From a virus, in IMG/VR virus record IMGVR_UViG_3300045988_179014, positions 160,001 to 224,000 of that record: 64,000 bases of DNA; one strand, given 5' to 3'. The translations under genes were made by a program, and so were the position numbers. The notes under the pieces were generated by a model. The model saw only the letters and a list, made by a program, of their open reading frames with translations. It did no database searches and was not told the origin of the DNA. Numbering within the stretch: position 1 is the stretch's first letter; every line of letters begins with the position of its first letter. This document shows positions 10,586 through 20,357 of the stretch, piece after piece.

Positions 10586-11197
10586 TCAAGCTTTATTACC
10601 AGACATATCTTTATCGTTTATAGCATAGAGAATTGCTTTACATGTATCAGGTCGATTTCCGCAGAACAAACAATCGTAATTGTATTTTTTTGATTTTTGT
10701 TCATAATAATTGTCATAGGTTTTAATTTTTCGAAAACCTAAACAATACAACAAATCTTCATTACCAATAAGCGGAACACCAGGTTCATCGTCTCGGTCAT
10801 TGGTATTGGGTGTTTTCAAAATCATTTCAACACGGTCAACGCCATATGAAGACATTTTTCGTAATGCTCCAAAAGTCAGCAATGTTCCAAATCCTTCTCG
10901 ACGATATGGAGTGGAAACGCATACTGCATCAATAACACCTGTGACATAGGTTTTCCCACCTGTCAAGCGTGTATTGTGGAAGTGGTAGAGCACAAAACCG
11001 ATAAATGCCCCATCCGAAATTTTAATCATCAAGTGATAAGTGTGGGAATAGTTGAAAAGAGACTTAAGCACACCAAGCCCTAACGATTCATTCGCTATCT
11101 TCTTGATTTCCACGGGCAAAGAAGCGTAAGTCAGTTTTGCACTCATCCCATCACTCTTTCTCAATAAAATGTTGTGAACAGGACAAATATCAGTCAC
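10586..11197 (-). CDS. GNAT-family N-acetyltransferase-like protein
   Basis: 'YRREGFGTLLTFGALRKM' fits GNAT motif A (Q/R-x-x-G-x-G/A). A C-terminal Cys cluster CLFCGNRPDTC follows. Confidence 0.4.
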   Translation of the reverse strand: MTDICPVHNILLRKSDGMSAKLTYASLPVEIKKIANESLGLGVLKSLFNYSHTYHLMIKISDGAFIGFVLYHFHNTRLTGGKTYVTGVIDAVCVSTPYRREGFGTLLTFGALRKMSSYGVDRVEMILKTPNTNDRDDEPGVPLIGNEDLLYCLGFRKIKTYDNYYEQKSKKYNYDCLFCGNRPDTCKAILYAINDKDMSGNKA

Positions 11198-11199
11198 TA

Positions 11200-11661
11200 T
11201 CAGCTGTCATCATCATCCAAAAATGGGTTGTAATCCTCATTTTGTATGTTGCGAATTGATGCTGTTGACGGTTTTCTCATAGAGTTTTTGGAAATGTTCT
11301 TTGATTTTTCATATATTGGAACATCGCGCCAATTGTCTTTGGTAATGATTCCGGTCTCTCCATTCAAAACATCCCAACGGAATTTCCAAAGTGCTTTCAC
11401 CTTCTTGGCGAGAGTAACCACAAGTCTAGGACGGGAAGGTACCACTGAATCGCCCACTTTGTAACCTGCCCAATCTCTTGCTTCCACCATGAACAAATCA
11501 GAAATACCAAACTCGCCTTTGTTTACCATTTCCTCCATGGAAACATCTATCAGACTGTTAATGACATCTTCAACCACATCCACACGAATGTTGGCCTGGC
11601 GGGCTACTCGTTGTACCAAATCTCTTTTGCTTCGACGTTTTCTCATAAATATTTTGTCCAT
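11200..11661 (-). CDS. Divergent HU/IHF-like DNA-binding protein (tentative)
   Basis: 'LVQRVARQANIRVDVVEDVINSLIDVS...GEFGISDLFMVEARDWAGYKVGDSVVPSRPRLVV' follows the HU pattern of helix, V-x-GFG-x-F and R-x-x-R-N-P-x-T-G. The N-terminus is basic. Confidence 0.35.
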   Translation of the reverse strand: MDKIFMRKRRSKRDLVQRVARQANIRVDVVEDVINSLIDVSMEEMVNKGEFGISDLFMVEARDWAGYKVGDSVVPSRPRLVVTLAKKVKALWKFRWDVLNGETGIITKDNWRDVPIYEKSKNISKNSMRKPSTASIRNIQNEDYNPFLDDDDS

Positions 11662-11664
11662 TCT

Positions 11665-12117
11665 TTATTGAGTGAAAGAGCCTACGCCATAGAACACAGC
11701 TGTACGCGCCCATGTAAGAACACACTGTTGAATATGTTCTCGAAAATCTGCTAGTTTAACTGACTCATCACGTTTTTCATCATCAATTTCCCAACCGTCT
11801 CGTGTTTGAAGAAGTTTGGTTGTTGATGTACGAGCTTTCGGGCTGGGAAGAGTTATTTCCACACCTTTTTGGGGGGAATTCACTTTAATGGTCATTCGGT
11901 CTGACATATCCCATGGAAGCCGAGCCATTTCAGACACTTTGCGTCGTAACTGATTCCGAGAATGATACATAATAATGTCATGGTCGTCAGTATTTAAATA
12001 TACATTCCATTTTTTACTTGCAATTTCAAATTCATCTTCCATGGTCTGGTCAATGATTTCTGTGAAGTTGGTTTCTAGCTTCAGGTGTACTAGCATTTTG
12101 CTGTTGTCAATCTTCAC
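11665..12117 (-). CDS. Hypothetical protein
   Basis: This is a 150-aa ORF in the operon context. No motif was recognised. Confidence 0.4.
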   Translation of the reverse strand: MKIDNSKMLVHLKLETNFTEIIDQTMEDEFEIASKKWNVYLNTDDHDIIMYHSRNQLRRKVSEMARLPWDMSDRMTIKVNSPQKGVEITLPSPKARTSTTKLLQTRDGWEIDDEKRDESVKLADFREHIQQCVLTWARTAVFYGVGSFTQ

Positions 12118-12174
12118 GAGTCCTCACTATGATGTGTAAAAATGTCCTGACCTGCGCTTATTTTACCAATGGGA

Positions 12175-12208
12175 AAGGGGCCACTCCTAGATAATGGAGT
12201 GGCCCCTT
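12175..12208 (-). terminator. Perfect 13-bp GC-rich hairpin downstream of HU gene
   Basis: AAGGGGCCACTCC, an 8-nt loop, then GGAGTGGCCCCTT. Only a short T-stretch follows on the minus sense. Confidence 0.45.
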
Positions 12209-12228
12209 GTAATCCGAAAAGATGTCAA

Positions 12229-12525
12229 TTAGTTTTCTTTATCTTCAGCCATCTTGTCTCGGAATTTCTTCAGAGGATGAATTCGCACAGTACGTTTTTC
12301 TGGCGCTTCAAGGTCCTCACCAGTGCGTGGGTTTTTCATGATGCGAGCTGACCGGATGCTTGGGGAGAAAGCAGCAAATCCGCTTACTTTGACTTCACGA
12401 CCTTCTGACACATGTTGCATTACACTATCTTGAAAAACATTGATGAAACGTTCAATCTCTGCTTTTGGTTTTTTCATTTCTTCAGCAATTTCGGCAATCA
12501 GGTCAGGTTTGTTGATGACTGGCAT
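12229..12525 (-). CDS. hup: HU-family histone-like DNA-binding protein
   Basis: 'VSGFAAFSPSIRSARIMKNPRTGEDLEAPEKRTVRIHPLKKFRDKM' matches the HU core 'V-x-GFG-x-F...R-x-G-R-N-P-x-T-G-x-x-I-x-I-x-A...F-x-x-G-K-x-L-K'. The SD AGGAG lies 6 nt upstream. Confidence 0.75.
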   Translation of the reverse strand: MPVINKPDLIAEIAEEMKKPKAEIERFINVFQDSVMQHVSEGREVKVSGFAAFSPSIRSARIMKNPRTGEDLEAPEKRTVRIHPLKKFRDKMAEDKEN

Positions 12526-12601
12526 GGCAGCTCCTAAAAATAGCTTGATTCAACAGCGTCAGGTGTGGTAGTTGTTATGACAAATATCAAGAAATACGGG
12601 T

Positions 12602-12958
12602 TTATCGGTTCTTATTGAAGAATGTTTTCCGAGCACGTCTAGGTGAACTTGATGATTCTACTCGCGCATCACGTAAAATGGCTTGCATACTGGCATCACC
12701 ACCACTTACATCATCATCCATCTCAAACATAGAAGGGCCGTCATCATCATCTTCCTTTTCATCGGTTTCTTCAGTTGCCGGCTCCATCCCGATTTCTGCC
12801 AATGTGGGCAAACTCTCATTTGAGTATTTGTAACGGTCACGAATGGTTTTAATCAAGAACCATAGAAATAACAGCACAATTCCAGCAACAACAACTGCTA
12901 GTACTGTAGCTATTATCTGACGTAAAGCAAAAACAGATTCCAACAGTACATTCAACAT
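12602..12958 (-). CDS. Small membrane protein with acidic C-terminal region
   Basis: It has the TM helix 'VLAVVVAGIVLLFLWFLIKTI' followed by 'EETDEKEDDDDG'. Confidence 0.4.
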   Translation of the reverse strand: MLNVLLESVFALRQIIATVLAVVVAGIVLLFLWFLIKTIRDRYKYSNESLPTLAEIGMEPATEETDEKEDDDDGPSMFEMDDDVSGGDASMQAILRDARVESSSSPRRARKTFFNKNR

Positions 12959-14055
12959 TACATTTTCTCCATTTTTCCACCAACGAACAACGGCAGATAT
13001 CGTTCTGGTTTAATATGTTTTTTCTGAGCACGAATATTCTTCAAAGTTTGCTCCCTGTTGAATTGTTCAAAATTTGTCCCATCTTCCGAAGCAAGAAACG
13101 AATAAAATGGACCATGAACATCTTTCAACAAGTCTTTCCAACGATTGGAAACATTTTTGTATTCAGCAGGTGGCAAAGAAGCAGCAATACCAGCCAAATA
13201 TGGAGGAATGTTAGCATAATTCAAATCAGACAACAGAACCGCTTTGGCCGTGTCGGTAAAATTCCATGATTCGAAAAATACTCCAAACGGGGTCTCCACA
13301 AAAGGTGTTTGAAAATTCTGGGACAAGGTTACATCTGCATGATAATCTTCCAATGGGTCCAGAAGATTCACATGATTCAAGTTCTGTTCAAAATTTTCCT
13401 GCTCCTCAACCAGCTCTAATGTCATATTACGATTGACAGCATACGGTTTGTTACTTTTCTCCAACCGTCCATTCATGGTTTTCAAATCAGCTTTTCCAGA
13501 ATGAAAATATGCCAAGACTTCTTCGTTTGTAGCATATCGTCCCATTTCTTCAGACATTTTCTTGCGTACAGCTGAAATCTTCTTGTATCGCTGGAAACGC
13601 GAAGGAGCAACGCCAAACGGTGCCTCTATAACTGATAGTTCTTTCTTGGCATATGTGATAATCCATTGAAACAAATAATTGGTGGATGATTTGTTCAGTT
13701 TGTCCACATCAAAATGCCGCAACCCTTTAATCATTCCATTGATACCTGCGTAATATAAAACAGTGAACAAATTATCGTCTTTGCCGTTCAAGTGAGAATT
13801 TTTGATTAATTTGTTGATTTCACGGGTTATGAGCGGACCAGCCAAAGAAGCAATACGATTCACCACCAAATCCCTGAGACGCGACTGTGTTTCTAATGCG
13901 TTTCGTAATCCTGGGTCTAAATCAGGTTCCAGTAATTGTTCCAAAGCCCTGTCACCCATATGAAACAATGGAACATAATATATGAGAGCTTCTACAGTAA
14001 TACGGTCATTGGAGTTTTTACTTGTATGGAGTTTGGATTGTTTGGTAACATTCAT
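12958..14055 (-). CDS. Divergent sigma-70-family factor (region 2 recognisable)
   Basis: 'LYYAGINGMIKGLRHFD...STNYLFQWIITYAKKE' aligns to sigma-70 region 2.1-2.4 'LIQEGNIGLMKAVEKFD...FSTYATWWIRQAI'. Its start overlaps the stop of the upstream ATPase gene. Confidence 0.5.
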   Translation of the reverse strand: MNVTKQSKLHTSKNSNDRITVEALIYYVPLFHMGDRALEQLLEPDLDPGLRNALETQSRLRDLVVNRIASLAGPLITREINKLIKNSHLNGKDDNLFTVLYYAGINGMIKGLRHFDVDKLNKSSTNYLFQWIITYAKKELSVIEAPFGVAPSRFQRYKKISAVRKKMSEEMGRYATNEEVLAYFHSGKADLKTMNGRLEKSNKPYAVNRNMTLELVEEQENFEQNLNHVNLLDPLEDYHADVTLSQNFQTPFVETPFGVFFESWNFTDTAKAVLLSDLNYANIPPYLAGIAASLPPAEYKNVSNRWKDLLKDVHGPFYSFLASEDGTNFEQFNREQTLKNIRAQKKHIKPERYLPLFVGGKMEKM

Positions 14056-15296
14056 ATACTGCGTCCCCCTGTTATGGGGCTGGTTGGTAGTCTTCTGGTA
14101 CTAGAGTTGGAAGACGTAGAAATAGGATTGTCTTTCGAAACGGAAGCAGACGAGTTAACTTTCCGAGCTGGATGGCGTACACTTCTTTCTGATGTCAAGA
14201 AACGTTCAGGATTGACACCATGATTCGCAAACTGAACCCGCAACGCATCAGACATGTTTCCCTCCTTGTAAAAAGCATCCTTATTGCTGTCATACAAATA
14301 CAGTGGTTGAGTTGTGATTTTGGCATCCTCACCTGTACCTAATGTTGGAACAATCTCTTGAATATGGCTCACTCGGTGTTGCCCATTACGAAGAAGTACC
14401 AATTGCACAATAATGTCCACAGCATTGGCGATGTCAGTGTTGATAGCACGTACTGGCACATTTGGACGACCTTCAGTAGCAAAATTGGTCATTTTACGTA
14501 AACAAGCAACCGGGTCATCGGCGTGAATAGTGGTCAATGAACCTTCCATACCAGAGTTAGCAGCAGTAAGAAAATCAGCGAACTCTTTACCACGAGTTTC
14601 ACCAATGATTAATCTATCTGTTCTCATACGTTGAAACTGTTGAACAACCCATGACAGGGAGGCAACACTATTGGGGTCCAAACCAGGCTGTGCGGGAACT
14701 GAATGCAAATATGACACGTTTGGTTGTGGTAATACCAGTTCAGGGGTATCTTCAGCAACACCAATACGAACATTTGTTGGAATGAGGTTCGCCATTGCCT
14801 CCAACATGGTTGTTTTACCTGCACCAGTCGCTCCACTGAATGTTATTGTACGGCTCGCTTGCATAGCTGCTATCAAAAATGCCATCATTTCGTCGCTCAT
14901 AGACCCCCGAGCGGCTAAATCCTCCAACTTCCGTAATGAAGTAGATTTCTTGGCGATAGTAACTTGTGGGTAATCAGTGGATGGTGGAAGAACAATATGG
15001 CACCGTCCTCGAATTTCTTGCCCATCCACACTGAAAAACAATCTACCCTCAAACAAAAAACCATTAGGGTCGTATTTTGTCAGATTGCTTTTCACAAATG
15101 GAATCAGACCTTCTTCAATTCCTCTAGCATAATCCGATTCAGAAGACCTACCAATACTTATCTGACTGCGTTGACCATTTCGTTTGAGAAAAAATTGTCC
15201 TGGACCATTAGACTCTATTTCGGACACATCCGCTTCCAACAACAAATTGAAACAACGGTTCCATTCAGACACTTTGCTGATACTGTACATATTCAT
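14052..15296 (-). CDS. CpaF/TadA / VirB11-family secretion ATPase
   Basis: It carries the Walker A 'SGATGAGKTT'. 'AEDTPEL' and 'RTDRLIIGETRGKEFADFLTAANSGMEGSLTTIHADDP' match the type II/IV secretion NTPase signatures (R-x-R-P-D-R-I-I-V-G-E-x-R-G...T-G-H-x-G-x-x-T-x-H-A). Confidence 0.8.
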   Translation of the reverse strand: MNMYSISKVSEWNRCFNLLLEADVSEIESNGPGQFFLKRNGQRSQISIGRSSESDYARGIEEGLIPFVKSNLTKYDPNGFLFEGRLFFSVDGQEIRGRCHIVLPPSTDYPQVTIAKKSTSLRKLEDLAARGSMSDEMMAFLIAAMQASRTITFSGATGAGKTTMLEAMANLIPTNVRIGVAEDTPELVLPQPNVSYLHSVPAQPGLDPNSVASLSWVVQQFQRMRTDRLIIGETRGKEFADFLTAANSGMEGSLTTIHADDPVACLRKMTNFATEGRPNVPVRAINTDIANAVDIIVQLVLLRNGQHRVSHIQEIVPTLGTGEDAKITTQPLYLYDSNKDAFYKEGNMSDALRVQFANHGVNPERFLTSERSVRHPARKVNSSASVSKDNPISTSSNSSTRRLPTSPITGGRSI

Positions 15297-15365
15297 TAGG
15301 TCCAGTTCCTCTCAATTGTTGTCAACAAAGCGCTAATATCGGTCGTTTCACCAAATAAAAACATA

Positions 15366-17654
15366 TTATTTCAATGTTTGAAGCTCTACCACTTTATCCG
15401 CTATCGCATCAATGGAATCATTATGTGCAATTAGAATAACCTGCCCTTGACAGACTTCTTTGATAGTGGAAAGAATAAGTTCAGCACGGTTGGCGTCTTG
15501 GGAAACCAAAACTTCATCAAGAATAATGAGATTACGCGACGCTCCACCATTCAACAACATGGAAATGGACAAACGTAACGCCATTGCTGCTGCTGACAAT
15601 TCTCCACCTGAAAGAAGACCAACAGCTCGTTCAGTCCCATCAGCCAACATAACAGTTGCCTTGAATTGTGCATCCAGTTTCAACCTAGTAAACTTACCCT
15701 CTGTAAATCGGTTGAGAAGGTCTGAAGCATAAATCTCAATAACAGGAATGGAATTGGTGATACGGTCCTCTCGGAATTCCTCAATCACTTTTGTTGTGGT
15801 GGCAGCTAATTCAACACTTTTCAAAACTGCACGATGTTTGTTCAGTTGCTCCTCATAAGATGCAACCTGACGGCTCAAATTGTCAAAACGTTCTTTGGCA
15901 ACATTCAAATCAATTCGTGCTGTTGCCAAATTTGCAGCCTTGGATTTTTCAAGTTCCAAATTCTTGTCCAAAACTGCGCGTAATTTCTCCAAGGACTGTG
16001 GTGTTACAGAACCTGTCGATTTCAATTTGTCCCGACCATTCTGAAGCCGTTTCTCAACTATCTCGATTTCTCGTGACAATGTTTGAGCACGTTCCAACAA
16101 TCGGTCATACTCTGCTTTTACACTTGCCTGCTGTTTCGCTTCATTATATGCATCTTCCAAAGTTGTTAACTGTGTTTCAATTCTTTGGATAGATGTTAAT
16201 GTATTATCGAGATTTTCACGAAGTGTTGATTCCTCTTGAGTTTCCAGCACTTTCAAAGCATCAATCAGAAGTTCAAATTTCTCTATTGCCGTTTCACTTC
16301 TGTCAAGGGCATGTTCCAACTCAATACGTTTTACCCGTAATGTCTCTACTTGTTCCTGTGCATGGATTATCTCTGTCTGCAATGTTTCAACCACTGTGGA
16401 AACATCATCCACGTGCTGAAGACAAGTAGGACAAGCACCATTTTCTCTTTGAAGCACTGTAATGGCTTTTTCCAGTTTTTTGATATCAGACGAATGAGCA
16501 GCACAAGTTGAATCCAGTGTACGAATTTGTTGTTCCAACACACTCACACGTTTGACGGCTTTATCCAATCCTGTAGTAGCACTGTCCAAATCTTTGATTG
16601 ATGATTTGTCCACAAGTTGTTGTGCTTCTGAACGAGAATCACAGATGTTTTTCAATAAACGCTCTAAATCAGACTTTTCAATGTCCAATGAACGTAATTC
16701 ATGTTTCAATCCATTAATTTGTGATTCCAGTTCTGTTAAATCCGTATTCCCCAATAAATGATTAAGCTGTTTCTTTTTTGCCTCTTTTTCTTTAATAATC
16801 ATGGCAAAAGTTGTCTGCATTGATTCTAATTTGGCTTGAAGTGTGGCAATCCCATGACGAACTTCTTCCATCGAAGCAACTTGCTCTGCTTTTACATGTA
16901 TTTCATCACGTAATTTGTTTACTTTTGCAGAGATTGTGTCATGTGTTGTAACTGCTTTTGCTTCAATACTTTGAGTCTTATGGAAGATGGCAGCTTGTTT
17001 CTCCAACTCCTGACGTAATTGGTTCAGTTCTTCTTCGCTGACATCAGAAAGAGCAGCCGCTTTACGGAGAGTGTTGCTTTCTTGACGGGCATTGTCCAAA
17101 GCTGCGGTAATGGATGAGATACCAGTTAATTTCTCAATAACAAGTGCCCGTTCTCTAGGAGTGGCAGAGACTAAATGGTCCACTTGTTTCTGTTGCACAA
17201 GCACGGAGGCAAGAAATCCTTTTTCATCCATTTTCAAACGTTGCCGAATGTATATTTCAGCATGCGAAACTCCGGGACCGGCCACTTGTTTAGGAGTAAG
17301 ATTCCCATGACCATCATCAGTCAATTCCCACACTTCGCATTCCACCGTACCACTTTTGCTAACCATACGACGTTCAATGAGTAATGGTTGGTCATCAACT
17401 TCAATGTTCAACCGAACGAAGCATTTGTCTTTTCCGAATTTGGCTCCATTGCGATAAATAGCAGCTGTTTTGGATACCCCATGTGGCTTTGTGCCAAACA
17501 GTGCCCATGCGATTGAATCCACAATTGTTGATTTACCTGTACCATTGGCTCCGCTGAGAGCAGTGATTCCATCAGATTCGGGCTCAAAAACCACATGAGA
17601 ATGGGAACGAATATTTGAAAGTTCAACACGTGTGAGTTTAATCATGATGTCCAC
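15366..17654 (-). CDS. sbcC: SbcC/Rad50-like SMC-family ATPase (no adjacent SbcD seen)
   Basis: The N-terminus carries the Walker A 'GANGTGKSTIVDSIAWALFG'. A long coiled coil contains a 'CPTC' zinc hook. The C-terminus has the 'LSGGE' signature and the 'LIILDEV' Walker B. Confidence 0.75.
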   Translation of the reverse strand: MDIMIKLTRVELSNIRSHSHVVFEPESDGITALSGANGTGKSTIVDSIAWALFGTKPHGVSKTAAIYRNGAKFGKDKCFVRLNIEVDDQPLLIERRMVSKSGTVECEVWELTDDGHGNLTPKQVAGPGVSHAEIYIRQRLKMDEKGFLASVLVQQKQVDHLVSATPRERALVIEKLTGISSITAALDNARQESNTLRKAAALSDVSEEELNQLRQELEKQAAIFHKTQSIEAKAVTTHDTISAKVNKLRDEIHVKAEQVASMEEVRHGIATLQAKLESMQTTFAMIIKEKEAKKKQLNHLLGNTDLTELESQINGLKHELRSLDIEKSDLERLLKNICDSRSEAQQLVDKSSIKDLDSATTGLDKAVKRVSVLEQQIRTLDSTCAAHSSDIKKLEKAITVLQRENGACPTCLQHVDDVSTVVETLQTEIIHAQEQVETLRVKRIELEHALDRSETAIEKFELLIDALKVLETQEESTLRENLDNTLTSIQRIETQLTTLEDAYNEAKQQASVKAEYDRLLERAQTLSREIEIVEKRLQNGRDKLKSTGSVTPQSLEKLRAVLDKNLELEKSKAANLATARIDLNVAKERFDNLSRQVASYEEQLNKHRAVLKSVELAATTTKVIEEFREDRITNSIPVIEIYASDLLNRFTEGKFTRLKLDAQFKATVMLADGTERAVGLLSGGELSAAAMALRLSISMLLNGGASRNLIILDEVLVSQDANRAELILSTIKEVCQGQVILIAHNDSIDAIADKVVELQTLK

Positions 17655-17780
17655 ATTTTATCAAATTCAGCATTGTTGACTTTTTGCCGGTCAACGCACC
17701 AGAAACGATTTTAAGAGAGGGTTAACAGTTTCCTGATGCAAGTATCACAAACAAGCATTTCCAACAAAACCCCTTGAAAA

Positions 17781-17836
17781 CATGAAAAACGCCCCCGAAT
17801 AAGCTAGGTAGAATCTAACCTATTCAAGAGGCGTTA
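17781..17836 (-). terminator. Putative intrinsic terminator (compound hairpin plus T-run on minus sense)
   Basis: AACGCC...GGCGTT with an inner TAGGT/ACCTA pairing, followed on the minus sense by TTTTTCATGTTTTTC. Confidence 0.35.
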
Positions 17837-17870
17837 CAGGAGATGATTTTGGGTTTGAAATAATTACCTA

Positions 17871-18641
17871 TTAATTGCTTTTCCCGGATTGCAATAGAGC
17901 AGATAATCTTACAATGTCCAACAACGAATATGGTGAAAGTTTCCATTGTCCATCTGTATACACCATTTCAACGCTGAAAACCATACCTTTATCATAGAAA
18001 GCTCCCATAGGAACATATGCACTGCCTGCTTCACTGTCAACATAAACTCGTTTCCAGGAGTTCTCGGAAACTGGTTGAATGGATTGGCCATCTTTTGACA
18101 AATATGTAGTCAATGTAATCAAAGCCTGATAACTGTTGATTTGAAGATTTTTGTTTTCAGCGAATGTGTCAACGAATCTCATATGGTTTTTCAGTTCAGG
18201 GTTGATGACACTCTCATCACCGTTACCCAAAGCATTGACACGTTCAGTTGGTGTGGCATTGGTTGGGGACTGAGCAGCAAGATTTAATACTTCCTGTGCT
18301 GCTGCTAATGCATCTTTACGGTCTTCATCAGCTGTTTTCCCAGTAACGGAACGTTGGGTCTTTTCCACAGTGGTTGATGAAGATGGCGCTGGAGCATTTT
18401 CTTTGTGGTTATTACTTGTTTGAACAGCCAAAACAATACCAACAGTTGCGAGTATAAGAGATAAAGTGAAGAATGACATCAGTGCAAAAAGAGTCATTTT
18501 AGACTGTGTAAAACGCATTTTCGATAGTGTTATCCGTTTTGGAGTATTAGAATCTTTCATAGCGGATTTTTTATTGTTCAGTTTCGCTGTCATCATTATC
18601 TCCTGTTTTGAGGTTATCAGCTTTGTTGTTTTTTGCTGCAT
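17871..18641 (-). CDS. Bitopic membrane protein, possible NTF2-like (VirB8/TcpC-type) ectodomain
   Basis: It has the TM 'LFALMSFFTLSLILATVGIVLAV'. The C-terminal 'YTDGQWKLSPYSL' resembles the terminal strand motif of 24328..25194 ('GNGQWKLYSI') and of 37184..38923 ('ANGKYLVSKFSP'). Confidence 0.35.
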   Translation of the reverse strand: MQQKTTKLITSKQEIMMTAKLNNKKSAMKDSNTPKRITLSKMRFTQSKMTLFALMSFFTLSLILATVGIVLAVQTSNNHKENAPAPSSSTTVEKTQRSVTGKTADEDRKDALAAAQEVLNLAAQSPTNATPTERVNALGNGDESVINPELKNHMRFVDTFAENKNLQINSYQALITLTTYLSKDGQSIQPVSENSWKRVYVDSEAGSAYVPMGAFYDKGMVFSVEMVYTDGQWKLSPYSLLDIVRLSALLQSGKSN

Positions 18642-19083
18642 CTCGTACCATCAGGATACCAACGAAAGCAAAACAGACCGCGAAACAACCAATAATGATG
18701 GGCCAACGATATGCATAAATCTCCAAAAAGGTTGGAAGCCATGTAAACCCTGACTTTGCGGCTGTGTCAGCGATTTCATTACCATAGTGACTATTTGCCA
18801 ACCAATCCAGTGTTCCTTTACCGCCTAAGAAACTTTGCGCATTCAAGAGGAACAAATAAAATACCCCAACCAATAGGAATGGCAGAATGAACAATGCCGC
18901 AATCCAATGGCTGGTTTTCTTGTATCCAGGTGTTGATGATTGTACAGTTTTACGAATCACTGGTTTAACATGAGATTCACCTTTATTGTCATCTACCCGT
19001 TCTTCACTCAATTCCAAATCTTGACGAGTGCTCAAAGCATTTTCGATGAAATCTAATTCTTGTTCACTGAAATTGGTACTCAT
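18571..19083 (-). CDS. Two-TM membrane protein
   Basis: The 170-aa protein has helices 'WIAALFILPFLLVGVFYLFLL' and 'WPIIIGCFAVCFAFVGILMV'. Its start overlaps the upstream stop as TAATG, with GGAG upstream. Confidence 0.45.
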   Translation of the reverse strand: MSTNFSEQELDFIENALSTRQDLELSEERVDDNKGESHVKPVIRKTVQSSTPGYKKTSHWIAALFILPFLLVGVFYLFLLNAQSFLGGKGTLDWLANSHYGNEIADTAAKSGFTWLPTFLEIYAYRWPIIIGCFAVCFAFVGILMVRDAAKNNKADNLKTGDNDDSETEQ

Positions 19084-20357
19084 TACTTTTCTCCTTCAAC
19101 ACCAAGCACGATTCCCAATTCTTGAATAAAGTGTTCTGAAACTGTTTGGATTCGTCCCATGTTGATTTCTGAAGCATCGATTTGTGAAATAATTGTCATT
19201 GCATCGTCATAACAACCAGTATTAAGAGCTGATTGAATAACTGCCAATGACATTTTGTGTGCAAGTGCTATATCAGATTGGGACAAGTTGCTGAGATTAC
19301 CGGACAAATTGTATTCAGCGCTTTTTTCATCAGAGTTTTCATCCCATGTCAATGTGGTGGCATTACGAGAACGAGTCCAAATACGATGACGTTCTTCCAT
19401 ATCATTGAATTTCAACGTTCCCATGTTCATTTCTGCTGCCATCTCCTCGCTTGTGAAATTGCGCTCCTCGCCCCAACGTTTCTTCAACGCCTCAACAGCT
19501 TTTGAACGTTGACGCTGGAAAGTACTCAGCTCTTTCCCTAAATGGATAGTGGGCAAATCATATGGACGATGATTCAATACAGAGTTCAAATAGCCGCTGA
19601 ACGGAACTGATGCAGATTCATCAAATTTTTCAATTGCTGTCATAACCCAAATCGTTATTTGAGATTCTTGGTCTTCAGGGTCAGGAATGAAAATCTGAAT
19701 GGTCTCCATGTCTTTTTTCACAAGAGACCTCCCAAAACGTTTGTAAAACATAACCAAACCTCTAGCAAATTCAGGAGTGAAGTCCACAATCTCTCGACGT
19801 TTGGATTCGTTGCGTGAATAAATATTTCTTGTGGCCCCAGGTTCCAAACGTTTCAACTCATCATCCACTATGGTTTTGACATATGTAGCATTGAGGCAAT
19901 ACGCCTTGTATCGTCCTGGCTCATATTCACGCACCTTTGCTATTCCACGAAGCTTCTGGGTTATTTCTCTCGCAGTTGAATTTTGGCAATTGAAAGAAAC
20001 AATCCCTATTTTTCGTAAAGGAGCGTTTAGGAATCCTTCTGTTTCCGTCATTCCATCCCATATTCTCGGGGGGAAAATGGAATCCACCAACTGAACACCC
20101 AACTTGATACGGTTTTCCTCATACCATTCTACAATTGATTCATGTGGAAACCGAAATGATTTGGCACCGGTAGGAGACTGCACCAATCTCCCTGTAGCCA
20201 AATTCGACTCAATCCATGATTCAATTTCTTCCTCAGTGACTTTTGCCATTTTACGCCATTTGGGTTGGGAATACCACATACCATCAGAAATGATTGCCCC
20301 AATACGAAAATCTACAGGTTCTCGTTTCAGGGTTTCTTTTGTGAACATAGCATTCAT
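19083..20357 (-). CDS. Hypothetical protein with sigma-70 region-2-like segment (possible third sigma-like factor)
   Basis: 'TIWVMTAIEKFDESASVPFSGYLNSVLNHRPYD' aligns to 'NIGLMRAVEKFDxxRGxKFSTYATWWIRQAIxRAI'. Confidence 0.35.
   Translation of the reverse strand: MNAMFTKETLKREPVDFRIGAIISDGMWYSQPKWRKMAKVTEEEIESWIESNLATGRLVQSPTGAKSFRFPHESIVEWYEENRIKLGVQLVDSIFPPRIWDGMTETEGFLNAPLRKIGIVSFNCQNSTAREITQKLRGIAKVREYEPGRYKAYCLNATYVKTIVDDELKRLEPGATRNIYSRNESKRREIVDFTPEFARGLVMFYKRFGRSLVKKDMETIQIFIPDPEDQESQITIWVMTAIEKFDESASVPFSGYLNSVLNHRPYDLPTIHLGKELSTFQRQRSKAVEALKKRWGEERNFTSEEMAAEMNMGTLKFNDMEERHRIWTRSRNATTLTWDENSDEKSAEYNLSGNLSNLSQSDIALAHKMSLAVIQSALNTGCYDDAMTIISQIDASEINMGRIQTVSEHFIQELGIVLGVEGEK

Noticed and set aside
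14052-15296. Calling the secretion ATPase specifically CpaF/TadA and inferring a complete Tad pilus
   Set aside because: The motifs are shared by the whole VirB11/GspE/CpaF superfamily, and no TadB, TadC, CpaE or Flp gene was seen. Only the family-level call is retained, and the Tad inference rests on the TadE-like genes.
17655-17700. Sigma-70 promoter for sbcC-like gene (TTGACC ... TGATAAAAT)
   Set aside because: The -35/-10 spacing is 28 nt, too long. The extended -10-like element sits against the start codon without an SD. It was not called.
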